In this document: positions 19,140-29,395 of the stretch, piece after piece
Position numbering within the stretch: the stretch's first letter is position 1
How the letters are laid out: each line of letters begins with the position of its first letter
Source of the DNA: a virus
Reading direction: 5' to 3' (one strand)
Length of the DNA stretch: 64,000 nucleotides
IMG/VR virus record: IMGVR_UViG_3300020474_001461
Span: 14,276 to 78,275 of that record
The notes under the pieces: generated by a model
Databases searched by the model: none
Seen by the model: the letters and a program-made list of their open reading frames with translations, nothing else
What the model was told of the DNA's origin: nothing
Translations under genes and position numbers: made by a program

Positions 19140-20833
19140 GCTAATAATTTCTCTACTAATTCTATATCTTCGGGGTAGTCAACTGCGACTGTACTCCCGT
19201 CCAATCTAACCATTTTAATCTTATATCCCATTTCAATGAATCTATCAATTTCAATATCTTCTTGAAATTCAAGTGGGGTTTTCTTTCCGTAACTCCAAAA
19301 TGCTTTTAAGTGGTCTCTGTTGAATCCGTAGATACAAACTTGTTTCATTGGATTGGTTGGAAGACCTTCCTTTAAGCCAGGAAGTGGATTTCTTGAACAC
19401 CAAATCAACTCATCATTTAGATTTGTTATTACTTTTGGTATTTTTTTATCTTCTACATTTTCATGTTTGTTCAAAGGTGCCATACAGTTTATGATATGAT
19501 TTGGATTCTCTATCATTTTGTCTATCACCTTTTGTATATCATTAGAATTTAACATTGGTTCATCACCTTGAATATTGATGATAAAATCTGCGTCAATCTC
19601 TAATGCTGCTTCTGCTACTCTGTCTGTTCCTGTTGGACAAGAGTCTGATGTTAATACTACTTTGTATCCGTGACTTTTTACTAAGTCTACAATTTCTTCA
19701 TTTTCTGTTGCGATATAAACATTATCTTTACCAACAGCATTTTCTGCAATCCCGGCGACCCAAATAATCATTTCGGTCCCAAGAATCTTGGCGAGTGGTT
19801 TGCCAGGAAATCTACTTGATTTGTATCTCGCAGGTATAACCACCGCAACCTTTGGTTCAATCACCTTTTCAATCTTTTCAGAATCAAACCTAAGGGAATC
19901 AGGTATTTCCAATAAAATATCTTCGATTCTATTAGGGTTCAGATGTGACTGTTGTAGATTCTGAGGATACAGTGGGTGGATGTGTTTTAATCCACTAACC
20001 ATATAATTGTGTGTGAATCCCCACTTGTGTGTTTCCATCAACGGGGTCATCCACTTTCTAATCACGTCTTGAAGAGGTTTACAGTTATACGTTTTGTTTC
20101 CCTCACCGTACTGATAATATGTGACGAGTTGTTCTGTTTTGACATTACCGACACCTCTACCCATTCCAAGAAGAGTTCCATCAATCCAAGTTGCTCCTTC
20201 TTTTTCTGCCGATAAACAGTTTGCAAAAGCAAGACCAAGATTGTCGTGTGTGTGAACTCCAACCTCACAACCGAACTCATTAAACAACTTCACTAATTCA
20301 GTTGTTCTATCAGGTGTAAGATTTCCGTAGGAATCCGCAAAATATAATGCGTCAAGTTTTAATTCGTTTAGTGTTCCAAATTCTTTTATTTCAGAATCAC
20401 TCAGTAACGAGATACCCATAAGATTAATTACTAATCGATATCCTTTTTTGTTTATGTATTCACCGATTTGTTTTGATAATTCAATCTCGGAATGTTTGAT
20501 TGCAAGTCTACAAATCTCAAATGGTGAATCACCAAATGGATTTATACAATCATCAATCAACGAAAAATCTACTCCACCATCTTTGATGAAATCTTTGGCG
20601 TCAATCATAAATGCAAGTTTTACGTTTACGGGAAGTCTATAATCTAATACGTCCCAAATAAACCTATCGTTACATTTACGATACTTACCACCTTTTACTG
20701 GCGACTTGTAACCTAACTCGATTACGTCAACCCCCGATAAATCACATGCGCTAATAAGGTCTTTGACCATTTTGGTATCAAAGTCCCAATTAGTATAGTA
20801 ACCACCGTCTCTTAATGTACAATCTAATAACAT
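19136..20833 (-). CDS. fusion of HMGL-like (DRE-TIM) aldolase and KdsB-type CMP-ulosonate synthetase
   Basis: N-terminal LDCTLRDGGY, HTHDNLG, GMGRGVGN; C-terminal IPARYKSSRFPGKPL, TGTDR, QGDEP, VDYPED. Confidence 0.85.
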   Translation of the reverse strand: MLLDCTLRDGGYYTNWDFDTKMVKDLISACDLSGVDVIELGYKSPVKGGKYRKCNDRFIWDVLDYRLPVNVKLAFMIDAKDFIKDGGVDFSLIDDCINPFGDSPFEICRLAIKHSEIELSKQIGEYINKKGYRLVINLMGISLLSDSEIKEFGTLNELKLDALYFADSYGNLTPDRTTELVKLFNEFGCEVGVHTHDNLGLAFANCLSAEKEGATWIDGTLLGMGRGVGNVKTEQLVTYYQYGEGNKTYNCKPLQDVIRKWMTPLMETHKWGFTHNYMVSGLKHIHPLYPQNLQQSHLNPNRIEDILLEIPDSLRFDSEKIEKVIEPKVAVVIPARYKSSRFPGKPLAKILGTEMIIWVAGIAENAVGKDNVYIATENEEIVDLVKSHGYKVVLTSDSCPTGTDRVAEAALEIDADFIINIQGDEPMLNSNDIQKVIDKMIENPNHIINCMAPLNKHENVEDKKIPKVITNLNDELIWCSRNPLPGLKEGLPTNPMKQVCIYGFNRDHLKAFWSYGKKTPLEFQEDIEIDRFIEMGYKIKMVRLDGSTVAVDYPEDIELVEKLLA

Positions 20834-20884
20834 AGGAAATTGTTAAATTTTCTTTTGACACACATATCGTTTCCAAAAACGCGA

Positions 20885-21508
20885 TTACACAAGGGTATCG
20901 TAATACTCATTTTGTTTTTCTTGTTTTTTGATATCTTTTGGGTGTAACAATGCGAACTCTTCTAAAGAAGGTAAGTTAGAAATAGTATCATATCCTTCGA
21001 TTTTCTCGTGTACCTTGTTTACCCAACGAATGGTATCTGATTTTTTATATATTCTCCACTGAGGGTCTGGCCAATTAATCCAACCTTTTTCATCAACTCT
21101 CCATCCCCACTTTTGGATATGTTCTTGGGTCAAACCTTCTACCGTGTTTATTCTTGGAACAAGAACTACATCAACCTCATTCATTTTTAAAATGTCAGGT
21201 AAGTTCTGTATCAATACTTTACTTGGTATTTCATCTGCGTCAATCTGAAAAATGTAATCACCGTTACATAAATCAGTCAACTTGTTTTTCCAATCACCGA
21301 AGTGACCATCAAATTTATCTTTATACCATACGAATGCGTTGTTGACAGATTTAGCTCTTAAGAACTCCTCTATCCCCTCATCACCTTTTGATTCGTCAAA
21401 TAATATTATAACCTCGTCTTCTCTTCTTTTATATTTTAAGATGTGAGGTAAAAGTGATTGTATTTCTACAAACTCATTACATACGGTTATTGCGTAACTT
21501 ATTTTCAT
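20885..21508 (-). CDS. GT2-family glycosyltransferase
   Basis: ISYAITVCNE, QIDADE, WPD.Q.R, VHE. Confidence 0.8.
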   Translation of the reverse strand: MKISYAITVCNEFVEIQSLLPHILKYKRREDEVIILFDESKGDEGIEEFLRAKSVNNAFVWYKDKFDGHFGDWKNKLTDLCNGDYIFQIDADEIPSKVLIQNLPDILKMNEVDVVLVPRINTVEGLTQEHIQKWGWRVDEKGWINWPDPQWRIYKKSDTIRWVNKVHEKIEGYDTISNLPSLEEFALLHPKDIKKQEKQNEYYDTLV

Positions 21509-21517
21509 AATTTAATT

Positions 21518-22036
21518 TTATAGTCCTACGGGTGGTACATCTTGTCTCGTGTCCAAATCCGTATCATCTTTTCTAATTTGTTCTTGTTGTCTTCTTTTCG
21601 CTGCAGGTTCAATTAAATCGAAGTTACCATAATCATAGTTGTAAACTATAACCGAAGTAACATTTTTTTCAACCAAAGTTCTATAACCAACTTGAAGTTT
21701 TTTATTCTTGATAACTCCTGAATAAAATGCTTTAGACGCTTCTTCTATTCTTAGTTTAGTTAAATCTAACTTTCTGATTCCTTTAGTGGTACTAAATACC
21801 TCGTCTAAATCCTCTGCTAATTCTTTAAAATCTTGTGGTTTACAATGTTTCAAGTCTAAACAATGAAATCTCATTTTAAAGTCGGGTTGTAAAACAAATA
21901 CAAAATAGTCTCGTTGAACTCCATCTTTTTTTCTGTATCTGATTTTTGCAACCATTCCCCTTTCCAACTTTGACTTATTAAGTTTGGTTGGGTCTTTCAT
22001 ATTACTTCTATGTCTACTTGTGTAATCCGACGCCAT
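21518..22036 (-). CDS. hypothetical protein, weak resemblance to T4 gp2 DNA end protector
   Basis: FVFVLQP...CLDLKH...YRT pattern only. Confidence 0.4.
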   Translation of the reverse strand: MASDYTSRHRSNMKDPTKLNKSKLERGMVAKIRYRKKDGVQRDYFVFVLQPDFKMRFHCLDLKHCKPQDFKELAEDLDEVFSTTKGIRKLDLTKLRIEEASKAFYSGVIKNKKLQVGYRTLVEKNVTSVIVYNYDYGNFDLIEPAAKRRQQEQIRKDDTDLDTRQDVPPVGL

Positions 22037-23328
22037 TATTTTTTCTTCAATTTAGGTAATTTTAAAGTGACCTGTTGTGGTCCCTGACCTGCTTTATACT
22101 CATCAAGTATTTGTGACAACTTTGTTGCCATATGTTCTTTGGTAAAGTTGGTCTTTACATAATGTCTATTCTTTCTTGACATTTCCAATGCTTTTTTATA
22201 CTTATCGTATATTGTTTTCATCGTACCTGTTGCCTGACCATAATTCACTTTGAACCACTTACTACCTTCTTGGAACCATTTATTTCTTGCTGATGGATGT
22301 ACTTCTTTTAATTCACCACCAAGTAAAAAGTTATACTCAGGATGTAAAAAGTCTAAGTGACCACTCCACCCTGATGCGATAATAGGTTTACCACTAACAC
22401 ATGCTTCAAGTAGTGGTCTACCAAATCCCTCACCATGAGTAAATGATACATGAGATTTTACCTTTGGATGGTTGTATAACGAGTTCATTTCTTCATCTGT
22501 CATATCCCCATCAAGAATGTATATGTTTGGAAGTTTACCACTCATACCATCCATTTCTTTTATTTTTTCAATTCTTTTTTTGATTTCAAGTACACTTGTT
22601 ATACAAGGTTTTCCAAGAGAGGTTTTTAGTATTAACGCAGGTTGTGATTTTTTATTAAAACTACTTGTCTTAAATGTATTCAAAAATGCGTGTATTAATG
22701 TTGAGATACCTTTTCTATCTTCACCCAACTCACCCTGTAACCAATGTCCTACAAATAAGAAACAAAACTGTTCAGGTATTTCTGATAATGTTTTTTCTAC
22801 GGTTTTTGATATTGGTTTTTTATTATCATATATGTCTGTATCATAACCTTCAAATAAAACTTCGACAGGTTTTTCTATTTTTAGTTCACCTAATTTTTGT
22901 TTTGTTTGGTCATTGAGTTTATCATACACTGCTTTTAAAGTTGTTTTTGAGTGTTCTGATGATACTATATTCAAGTCCATTCTATTACAACCCTCAATAA
23001 AATCTGCGGTTGCGTCTGATGATTCAATCACTGCGGATACACCAACATTAAAATGACCAACAGGTTGAAACTCATTTGGAATTGTTATTTGAAACCAAAC
23101 ATCAGGTTTTTGTTCTAATTTAGGTATAATCCTTGAAGATAAATCTTTATCATCGGGTGTTAATGCATTCATACTTAAATCACCCCACCTTTGAGATAGA
23201 ATCTTTATATCCCACTCATCACCTTTTTCTTTTAGTAAAGCTCTTACAAAGTCTCTACTTCTTGAACCATAACCACTTCTTGTAGCAATGGGACAACTAA
23301 CTACACATAACTTTTTTATACTTTCCAT
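22036..23328 (-). CDS. GT4-like glycosyltransferase
   Basis: SGYG; GEGFGRPLLEA..SGKPII. Confidence 0.85.
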   Translation of the reverse strand: MESIKKLCVVSCPIATRSGYGSRSRDFVRALLKEKGDEWDIKILSQRWGDLSMNALTPDDKDLSSRIIPKLEQKPDVWFQITIPNEFQPVGHFNVGVSAVIESSDATADFIEGCNRMDLNIVSSEHSKTTLKAVYDKLNDQTKQKLGELKIEKPVEVLFEGYDTDIYDNKKPISKTVEKTLSEIPEQFCFLFVGHWLQGELGEDRKGISTLIHAFLNTFKTSSFNKKSQPALILKTSLGKPCITSVLEIKKRIEKIKEMDGMSGKLPNIYILDGDMTDEEMNSLYNHPKVKSHVSFTHGEGFGRPLLEACVSGKPIIASGWSGHLDFLHPEYNFLLGGELKEVHPSARNKWFQEGSKWFKVNYGQATGTMKTIYDKYKKALEMSRKNRHYVKTNFTKEHMATKLSQILDEYKAGQGPQQVTLKLPKLKKK

Positions 23329-24740
23329 AAGTCAAATCTTTTTCGTGGTTTCCAATTTTCAAAACAACCATCTATTGCTTCAATAAACTTTTCACCCATT
23401 TTTTCTGATGCCATATCACCCTCACCTACTACAAACTCGTGACCTAACATACCAACTCTTGATACTTCGTCTCTACCCATTTGGAAAAAACTATCGAGTT
23501 GTTCTGTTATATCATATGAGTCACATCTATCATCGTATATATAAGGAGTAACAGGTGAACCCTGTAATGATAAATTTGTTGGCCATACAGGTTTTACCCA
23601 TTCACCGTGTTCTAATTTATCTTTCCATTTTCTCCAATCATGAAGTGACCCAATTTCAACATAGTCTTCTTCTGTAAGTAATTTACCATCTTTTCTAAAA
23701 CCACATTGGTCTTGTAGACCACCTGTAACATTTACGATTATAGGAGTACCCGCTCTTAATGCTTCACAAGAACCTAATCCAAACCCTTCGTTAGATGCGA
23801 CATTTAAAACCACATCACACGCATTATAATATAAATTCAGTACATCGGTTGGCCACGCGTCTTGAACAGTTGGAAGTTTTGTAAACTTATAATGACCATA
23901 TTTACCACAGTGTTTGATAACTTCTGTTAAATCTGTACCATTATCATCAACCTGTTGAGTATGTAAAAGTAACATCATTTTTTTATCAGGATTCTTTTCT
24001 GCGAATCTACTAAATGCTTCAACTACATCACCTGGCACTTTTCTACGAATATTTCTATTATTCCAACCAACAACAAAATCATATTGTTCTAATTTAAACT
24101 GTTGTTTGAAATCAAGTAATTTCGGGTCCATATCTGATAATGGTTTAAATAATGGTGAAACACCATGAGGAATATACTTATGGTTCCAATCTTCTTTTGC
24201 TAATCCTGTTTTTTGAAGTGTTCTTTTATTAATACCATAAGTTTGTTTTGATATACCTAATAACAAGTCACAACTTGCGTAGAATGGTGCGTTCCATAGT
24301 GGGTCAGGAAGTGAGTCCCAAATGTTATAATACATAATTGGACAAATTTGTCTAATTTCGTTTTCCATTTCATATAACCATCGCCAGAATCTTGGGTCTG
24401 TAAAGTGTAAGATTGCGTCAGGTTTTTCTATGTTGATTAATTCTCTTAATATGTCGGGATTACCATAACCCGTATTACAATATATCTTTACACTTGCGTC
24501 TTTGATTCCTGTAGTCTTTCTAACATCATCGTCTAATATGAGTTGTTTACCTGATTCAGGATGTTTTAACGCTGCTCCTAATTGTACCCAATCATATTTG
24601 TGTACGGTTGACAATACAATCTCTTTTGATTGTGTTGCGATTCCACTATGTAATCGTAAATCGTCTGAAAGTAAAAGTATCTTAGGTTTCTTAACTTTGT
24701 CCTTAGATACCTTTTTTAGTTTTGGTAGTTCTATACTCAT
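23316..24740 (-). CDS. GT4-like glycosyltransferase
   Basis: NRNIRRK; NEGFGLGSCEA..GTPII. Confidence 0.85.
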   Translation of the reverse strand: MSIELPKLKKVSKDKVKKPKILLLSDDLRLHSGIATQSKEIVLSTVHKYDWVQLGAALKHPESGKQLILDDDVRKTTGIKDASVKIYCNTGYGNPDILRELINIEKPDAILHFTDPRFWRWLYEMENEIRQICPIMYYNIWDSLPDPLWNAPFYASCDLLLGISKQTYGINKRTLQKTGLAKEDWNHKYIPHGVSPLFKPLSDMDPKLLDFKQQFKLEQYDFVVGWNNRNIRRKVPGDVVEAFSRFAEKNPDKKMMLLLHTQQVDDNGTDLTEVIKHCGKYGHYKFTKLPTVQDAWPTDVLNLYYNACDVVLNVASNEGFGLGSCEALRAGTPIIVNVTGGLQDQCGFRKDGKLLTEEDYVEIGSLHDWRKWKDKLEHGEWVKPVWPTNLSLQGSPVTPYIYDDRCDSYDITEQLDSFFQMGRDEVSRVGMLGHEFVVGEGDMASEKMGEKFIEAIDGCFENWKPRKRFDLWKV

Positions 24741-24787
24741 CTGTAACTTCTTCTTTTATTTAACTATAAATATACAAAAAAAATTAA

Positions 24788-25132
24788 TTAAATCCTATTA
24801 TATTCATCAGAAATTCTAACAATATCATCTTCACCGAAATATGTACCTGTTTGAACTTCTATAAATTCAACGGGTTCATCTGTTTCGTTCCATGCTCTGT
24901 GTCTTGCTCCTAATGGTATTTTAATTGTCTCACCATATTTTCTGAATACCTTTTCGTCATCTAAAACGATTGTTAACTCACCTTTTATCACGGTCCAACA
25001 TTCCTGTCTTTTGTGATGATATTGATAGGACAACTTTCTGTGAGGTTCTACGGTAATTCTTTTTACTTTTGTAGTGGGGTCATCTAATAATACCTCGTAT
25101 CTACCCCAAGGTCTATATTCTATTTCATTCAT
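24788..25132 (-). CDS. mannose-6-phosphate isomerase type II C-terminal cupin
   Basis: RPWG, LSYQYHHKRQE.W, EVQTG.YFGEDDIVR. Confidence 0.85.
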   Translation of the reverse strand: MNEIEYRPWGRYEVLLDDPTTKVKRITVEPHRKLSYQYHHKRQECWTVIKGELTIVLDDEKVFRKYGETIKIPLGARHRAWNETDEPVEFIEVQTGTYFGEDDIVRISDEYNRI

Positions 25133-26121
25133 AATCTTAAAGTATTTTTAAAATTTTCAGTCCAAGTATCTACTTGGTATTTTTTAACTTTTTCTTGTTG
25201 TTTCTTTACCAACTCAATTCTTAAATCAGGATTATTACATAAGTTTTCGTATTTTTCTAAAAACTCTTCAGTTGTTTTAAATCTAAGTTCATCAATTACA
25301 AATTCTCTATATGTTGTTGTGTCGTTATCGTGAACTAAATATGTAAGTCCTGAAAAGATACCTTCCATTAGTGAATATCCAAAGGTATCAACTTTTGCGA
25401 ATGATAATCCAAAACCTGATTCACTTAATAACTTTAAATAAACCTCTTTAGAATGGTTAAAATAAAAGTTCTTAAAATCTTTTTGAACTTTACCTATATA
25501 TGTGGTTGAACCTTGTGGACATGCTATTGTTATTTTATCTTTCAGTTCATTTGGTAACTCAAGTAACATATCAACATTTTTATCTTTCATCAATCTATGA
25601 GAAAATAAAATCTTATCATTAATAATTGGTTCTTGAATATTCATATGAACAGGTAAACCTAATACGTCTACATCATATGGAACTCTATTTTTCATTAATT
25701 GTGAACCAACTATGGTTTGTTTAGACATTGACATGATAGCATCTTCATAATCAATGAACTGTTTCTGTTGACCTATTGCTCCATCTTGATGATTAGTAGC
25801 ATGTACAATACCACCAAAAATGTTTGCGAATCCTGCATTTTGAATATCAAGTGAAAAGTCATCTAATAGATTACAATAAAATACTTTTTTAATTTCGTTT
25901 TTTCTTAACTCGGGTAATAAGTCTGAAATATATTTGTGTAGTTGTGATTTTCCTGGCAGATAACTATCTTCACCAAATTCATATTCTCCTGTAAAAAAGT
26001 TATAGTATTTATCAGGTACAAAAAATATCTTTGATAGTAACTGATTCAGTTCTACTGCCCACTTATGATTAAAGAAGTGAGGTATAAATGCTATTGTACT
26101 AAACTCACTTTCTACTTTCAT
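25129..26121 (-). CDS. GT-B glycosyltransferase (FxHR type)
   Basis: ILFSHRL.KDKN; DTFGYSLMEG. Confidence 0.65.
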   Translation of the reverse strand: MKVESEFSTIAFIPHFFNHKWAVELNQLLSKIFFVPDKYYNFFTGEYEFGEDSYLPGKSQLHKYISDLLPELRKNEIKKVFYCNLLDDFSLDIQNAGFANIFGGIVHATNHQDGAIGQQKQFIDYEDAIMSMSKQTIVGSQLMKNRVPYDVDVLGLPVHMNIQEPIINDKILFSHRLMKDKNVDMLLELPNELKDKITIACPQGSTTYIGKVQKDFKNFYFNHSKEVYLKLLSESGFGLSFAKVDTFGYSLMEGIFSGLTYLVHDNDTTTYREFVIDELRFKTTEEFLEKYENLCNNPDLRIELVKKQQEKVKKYQVDTWTENFKNTLRL

Positions 26122-26390
26122 AACTCTTGTTGCATTTTAAGAAACGCCTTTACTTTATACAATAATGAACAAAATATTGCCAACCCCATTCCACCGATAA
26201 ATAATCTTACATTTTCAGCAAATGGTTTGAATGCAAATCCATAAACCAACATGGCTACCATATCAAACCCAACCATTCCACCTGCGATACCTAAAATCAT
26301 ATCTTGAAACCTTTTACAAAGTATTACTATTAAATTAGTAATTTGATATAATAGTATAAATGAACCTAAACCTAATAAAAAATCTTCCAT
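26118..26390 (-). CDS. three-TM membrane protein
   Basis: Hydrophobic helices. Confidence 0.55.
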   Translation of the reverse strand: MEDFLLGLGSFILLYQITNLIVILCKRFQDMILGIAGGMVGFDMVAMLVYGFAFKPFAENVRLFIGGMGLAIFCSLLYKVKAFLKMQQEL

Positions 26391-26393
26391 ATC

Positions 26394-26789
26394 TTATTGA
26401 ACAAAACTTGCTTTTTTCTTCCACCTATTTAACAATCTGTTAAAGTGATTAAATTCTTTTCTTGTTATTTCACCAAAGTAAACTATCTTATCTGAATTGT
26501 GAACAATACAGTCATATTGGTGAAGTGGTTGTGTTGGATGATATGGTTTGTCATAATACTCATCTTCCATTCCGCTATATAAAGTTCTTGATGTATTTGC
26601 AGGATTATACTCTATATATTTCATATTCATTTCTAAAGAATATTTTCTAACCCATTTTTCAATACCATCTTTTTTACCCCTTGTAACTATGATTAGGTCA
26701 TTTCCAAACTTTTTATTTAACTTGAAAATTATATCTTTTATCTCTACTCTATTTTCATACGTCTCGTGACCTATCAACGCTACTCTCAT
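26394..26789 (-). CDS. SLOG/DUF2493 (YspA-like) protein (probable start 26789)
   Basis: MRVALIG, IVTRG..DGIE, IVHNSD.IVYF. Confidence 0.5.
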   Translation of the reverse strand: MRVALIGHETYENRVEIKDIIFKLNKKFGNDLIIVTRGKKDGIEKWVRKYSLEMNMKYIEYNPANTSRTLYSGMEDEYYDKPYHPTQPLHQYDCIVHNSDKIVYFGEITRKEFNHFNRLLNRWKKKASFVQ

Positions 26790-27285
26790 ACTTGACCAAT
26801 TCTTTTTGTACTTTCTTCCAATACCTTTTAGTTTGCTTTTTCTGTAATCCCTTCGGACCACCGTTCCAACACCTTGCGATTTCTTCATATGAACTATTTT
26901 TGTGATAATAATTGTAAATTACATAAAACATTTCTATTGACTTTGTTTCACTCCATCGGTCTTCTAACGTATAGAATTTATCAGAGTCAAATTTGTGAAG
27001 TAATCTATTTACTTCATTGACCATTATAGGTCTTATTTGTAAAACACCAACCGCTTCTTCTCTTTTGGCGTATGCGTTTGGATTACCTTCTGATTCCACC
27101 TGTATCATAGAATGAATCAAATCTGAAATATCTCTCTCAGGTACTTTGAGAATCATGGGTACTGTTTCCACCTTTAGTTCTTTAATCGGTTTAGGGTCAA
27201 GACTTATTACAGGACTTACCCTTGGATTTAATTCTTTACTTGAACTAACAAGAAGTAAAGAAACCCAAAACATTAATATTCTCAT
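26755..27285 (-). CDS. lytic transglycosylase (SLT/lysozyme-like) with N-terminal anchor
   Basis: MIQVESEG, AVGVLQI, WNGGP. Confidence 0.75.
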   Translation of the reverse strand: MRILMFWVSLLLVSSSKELNPRVSPVISLDPKPIKELKVETVPMILKVPERDISDLIHSMIQVESEGNPNAYAKREEAVGVLQIRPIMVNEVNRLLHKFDSDKFYTLEDRWSETKSIEMFYVIYNYYHKNSSYEEIARCWNGGPKGLQKKQTKRYWKKVQKELVKYESSVDRSRDV

Positions 27286-27286
27286 A

Positions 27287-28228
27287 TTATATTCTTATAC
27301 GTTCTTTTTTGTTACACAATTCACTATCTTTGAAAGGACACCATTTACAGTTTTTACTGTTTTTACCTGCTAATGCAGGAAACTCACCAACTGTATTGTA
27401 TGTCCCATCATCGTTAAAACTACTTTCAATAAATTTGTTAAAATTATTTACTATCTTATTTAACGTAGGTTTACCGTGAGGTGGTACAAATTCTTGTACC
27501 CTTTTTTGTGCAAACATTGCCTCTTCCCATAACTTTCTTTTTACGATAAAATACCTTACTTGTATTCTATCTAATGGATAACCATACTGTTCTGAGAAAA
27601 ACTTTTTGTATAAAACTAATTGTGCGGTTTTTGTTTTGTCCGCTTTCTGCCACTTGTTCCAACCTCTTGTTGATGTTTTGATATCCCATATTTCAATGTT
27701 TCCATCACTATCTTCAAATACCAAGTCAAGGAAACCTTTCATCATGATTTCACTATCATCTGATACGGGATAATAAATAGGTAATTCTACACCAACAAGT
27801 TTCATATTACGAGTTGAAAAGTATGCAGACCGATTCTTTTTTAAGAAATCGAGTATTTGTATACCATCATCATAGAACTCATTCATTTCACTACGAGTGG
27901 TAAACTTAATTCCGTATATTGCCATGGTCTTTTTGTACTCTTTAGTCATTTCTTCTAACAAGAGTCCATTAAGGTCCATTTCATTTGCTTTTGTTGCAGA
28001 GTCATTATACATAACCTGTAACCAAGATTGTATAGTCTCATGCATTGCTGTACCAAATAATAAATGTATAGATGGGTCAAAGTCTTTATGACCATCCATA
28101 TAAGTTAGTTTCCACTGTTTAGGACAGTTTGCCCACATTGTATATTGTGAGTAAGAAACCTTCTTATCATCTTTTCCCTCTTTGTGTACGGGAAAATTAA
28201 ATATATTGGATACCATTGATTTTTTCAT
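27287..28228 (-). CDS. PD-(D/E)XK nuclease (RecB/Cas4-like with Cys cluster)
   Basis: SYSQ..CP, GTAMHE, GFLDL, DIKT, QLVLY, CKWCPF...C. Confidence 0.85.
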   Translation of the reverse strand: MKKSMVSNIFNFPVHKEGKDDKKVSYSQYTMWANCPKQWKLTYMDGHKDFDPSIHLLFGTAMHETIQSWLQVMYNDSATKANEMDLNGLLLEEMTKEYKKTMAIYGIKFTTRSEMNEFYDDGIQILDFLKKNRSAYFSTRNMKLVGVELPIYYPVSDDSEIMMKGFLDLVFEDSDGNIEIWDIKTSTRGWNKWQKADKTKTAQLVLYKKFFSEQYGYPLDRIQVRYFIVKRKLWEEAMFAQKRVQEFVPPHGKPTLNKIVNNFNKFIESSFNDDGTYNTVGEFPALAGKNSKNCKWCPFKDSELCNKKERIRI

Positions 28229-28233
28229 CTACC

Positions 28234-28265
28234 TAAAGATAATAAAAAGACTTGGAATTACCAAA
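28234..28265 (-). promoter_or_regulatory. Bacteroidota-type -33/-7 promoter
   Basis: TTTG-N20-TATCTTTA. Confidence 0.65.
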
Positions 28266-28292
28266 TCTTTTATGTTAATAAATTGTTAAATT

Positions 28293-28703
28293 TTACTTAG
28301 CCCACTTCTTTCTTTGGACTATCTGTGCTATAACCCCATAAACACTCATATCTTCGTATGTATCTTGAATATTCTCACCAACTTCATCAGGTTGACCTAA
28401 AACTACTAATTGTTTTAGTCTTTGGATTTTATCGTTCATTCTAAACCATAAACCTGTTAGTGATATTTTTATTTCATCATCAGTATCTAATTGAGAACCA
28501 ACTGAAATGTTATCAGGTCCGTAATTTCTTTGTTTTTTACAGAATGTCTCATACATTTCTTCTTGAATCTTTTTAAATTCAGCTGTAGTGTTTGGGTATA
28601 ATCTTTCACAATATTCTATTGCAGATTCTTCTACATTCCTTTTTTCCTCTCTTTCACCTGTCCACTCAACTTTATTTTTTCTTTCTTTTATTACTTCAGC
28701 CAT
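28293..28703 (-). CDS. nucleotide-modification-associated domain protein (DUF1599/Nmad1-like)
   Basis: KKQRNYG..NI, RMNDKIQRL, E..DTYEDMSVYGVI. Confidence 0.7.
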   Translation of the reverse strand: MAEVIKERKNKVEWTGEREEKRNVEESAIEYCERLYPNTTAEFKKIQEEMYETFCKKQRNYGPDNISVGSQLDTDDEIKISLTGLWFRMNDKIQRLKQLVVLGQPDEVGENIQDTYEDMSVYGVIAQIVQRKKWAK

Positions 28704-29128
28704 TTCTTTATTTCTTTATCTTCTATACCGTATTTTTTTATGATTTCGGTAATCTCATCTTTTGTTAGTATGTCAAGATATCCTATGATTTCTCTTTGAG
28801 ATACTTCATAGTATTTTGACAAGTAGTTTAAGACATTTTCATTGTACTTACCTTCTTTTTTACCTTTTATGTACTTATCCCATGTCTTTTTCTGTGGAAG
28901 AACGTCAAAATATAATTTGTACACATCTCGGGGTTTGAGTTGACCAATAGTATGTTTTTGTAACTCGTTTACCAACTCAATAAGATTAAGATTCATTGAC
29001 AACCATCTATTTACAATAAATGGTGAGAATGTTTTCTTATCCATATCAGATAGAGTATTCCATGGAACCTTTTTTTCTTTGATTCCCGAAATATGTTCAA
29101 ATATTGTTTTAGTCTTCTTTGTCACCAT
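28691..29128 (-). CDS. clamp loader small subunit (gp62-like)
   Basis: FSPFIVNRWLS...ELVNEL...LSKYYEVS; next to gp44-like gene. Confidence 0.7.
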   Translation of the reverse strand: MVTKKTKTIFEHISGIKEKKVPWNTLSDMDKKTFSPFIVNRWLSMNLNLIELVNELQKHTIGQLKPRDVYKLYFDVLPQKKTWDKYIKGKKEGKYNENVLNYLSKYYEVSQREIIGYLDILTKDEITEIIKKYGIEDKEIKKWLK

Positions 29129-29393
29129 TAATCAGTTCTTTTGGTGTAAATTTTGGATGAACTGTACCACAATTGTTACACAATACAACGGGTATCGGTA
29201 ACATTGATGCTACACCATTTGGTGATTGTACTGCTGGTACTTCTTTATACATTGTTACTTCGTCAAAGAAGATACCACCACATTCGGGACAATCTACAGT
29301 AGGTAACTTTCTTGGGTCTAATTTTAGACCTACCTGTTGTTGATTTGGTTGCCCACCTAAGTTTACAACTTTTCCTTTTCCTTTTTTTGCCAT
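29109..29393 (-). CDS. zinc-ribbon protein
   Basis: CPECG...CNNCG. Confidence 0.65.
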   Translation of the reverse strand: MAKKGKGKVVNLGGQPNQQQVGLKLDPRKLPTVDCPECGGIFFDEVTMYKEVPAVQSPNGVASMLPIPVVLCNNCGTVHPKFTPKELINGDKED

Positions 29394-29395
29394 AA

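Noticed and set aside
20062-20280. Alternative-frame minus-strand ORFs (also 55872-56156)
   Set aside because: Nested within strong genes; the second is a by-product of the repeat.
27287-28228. Cas4-like nuclease as evidence of CRISPR-Cas
   Set aside because: Stand-alone PD-(D/E)XK nucleases are routine in phage replication regions; no array or other cas genes.
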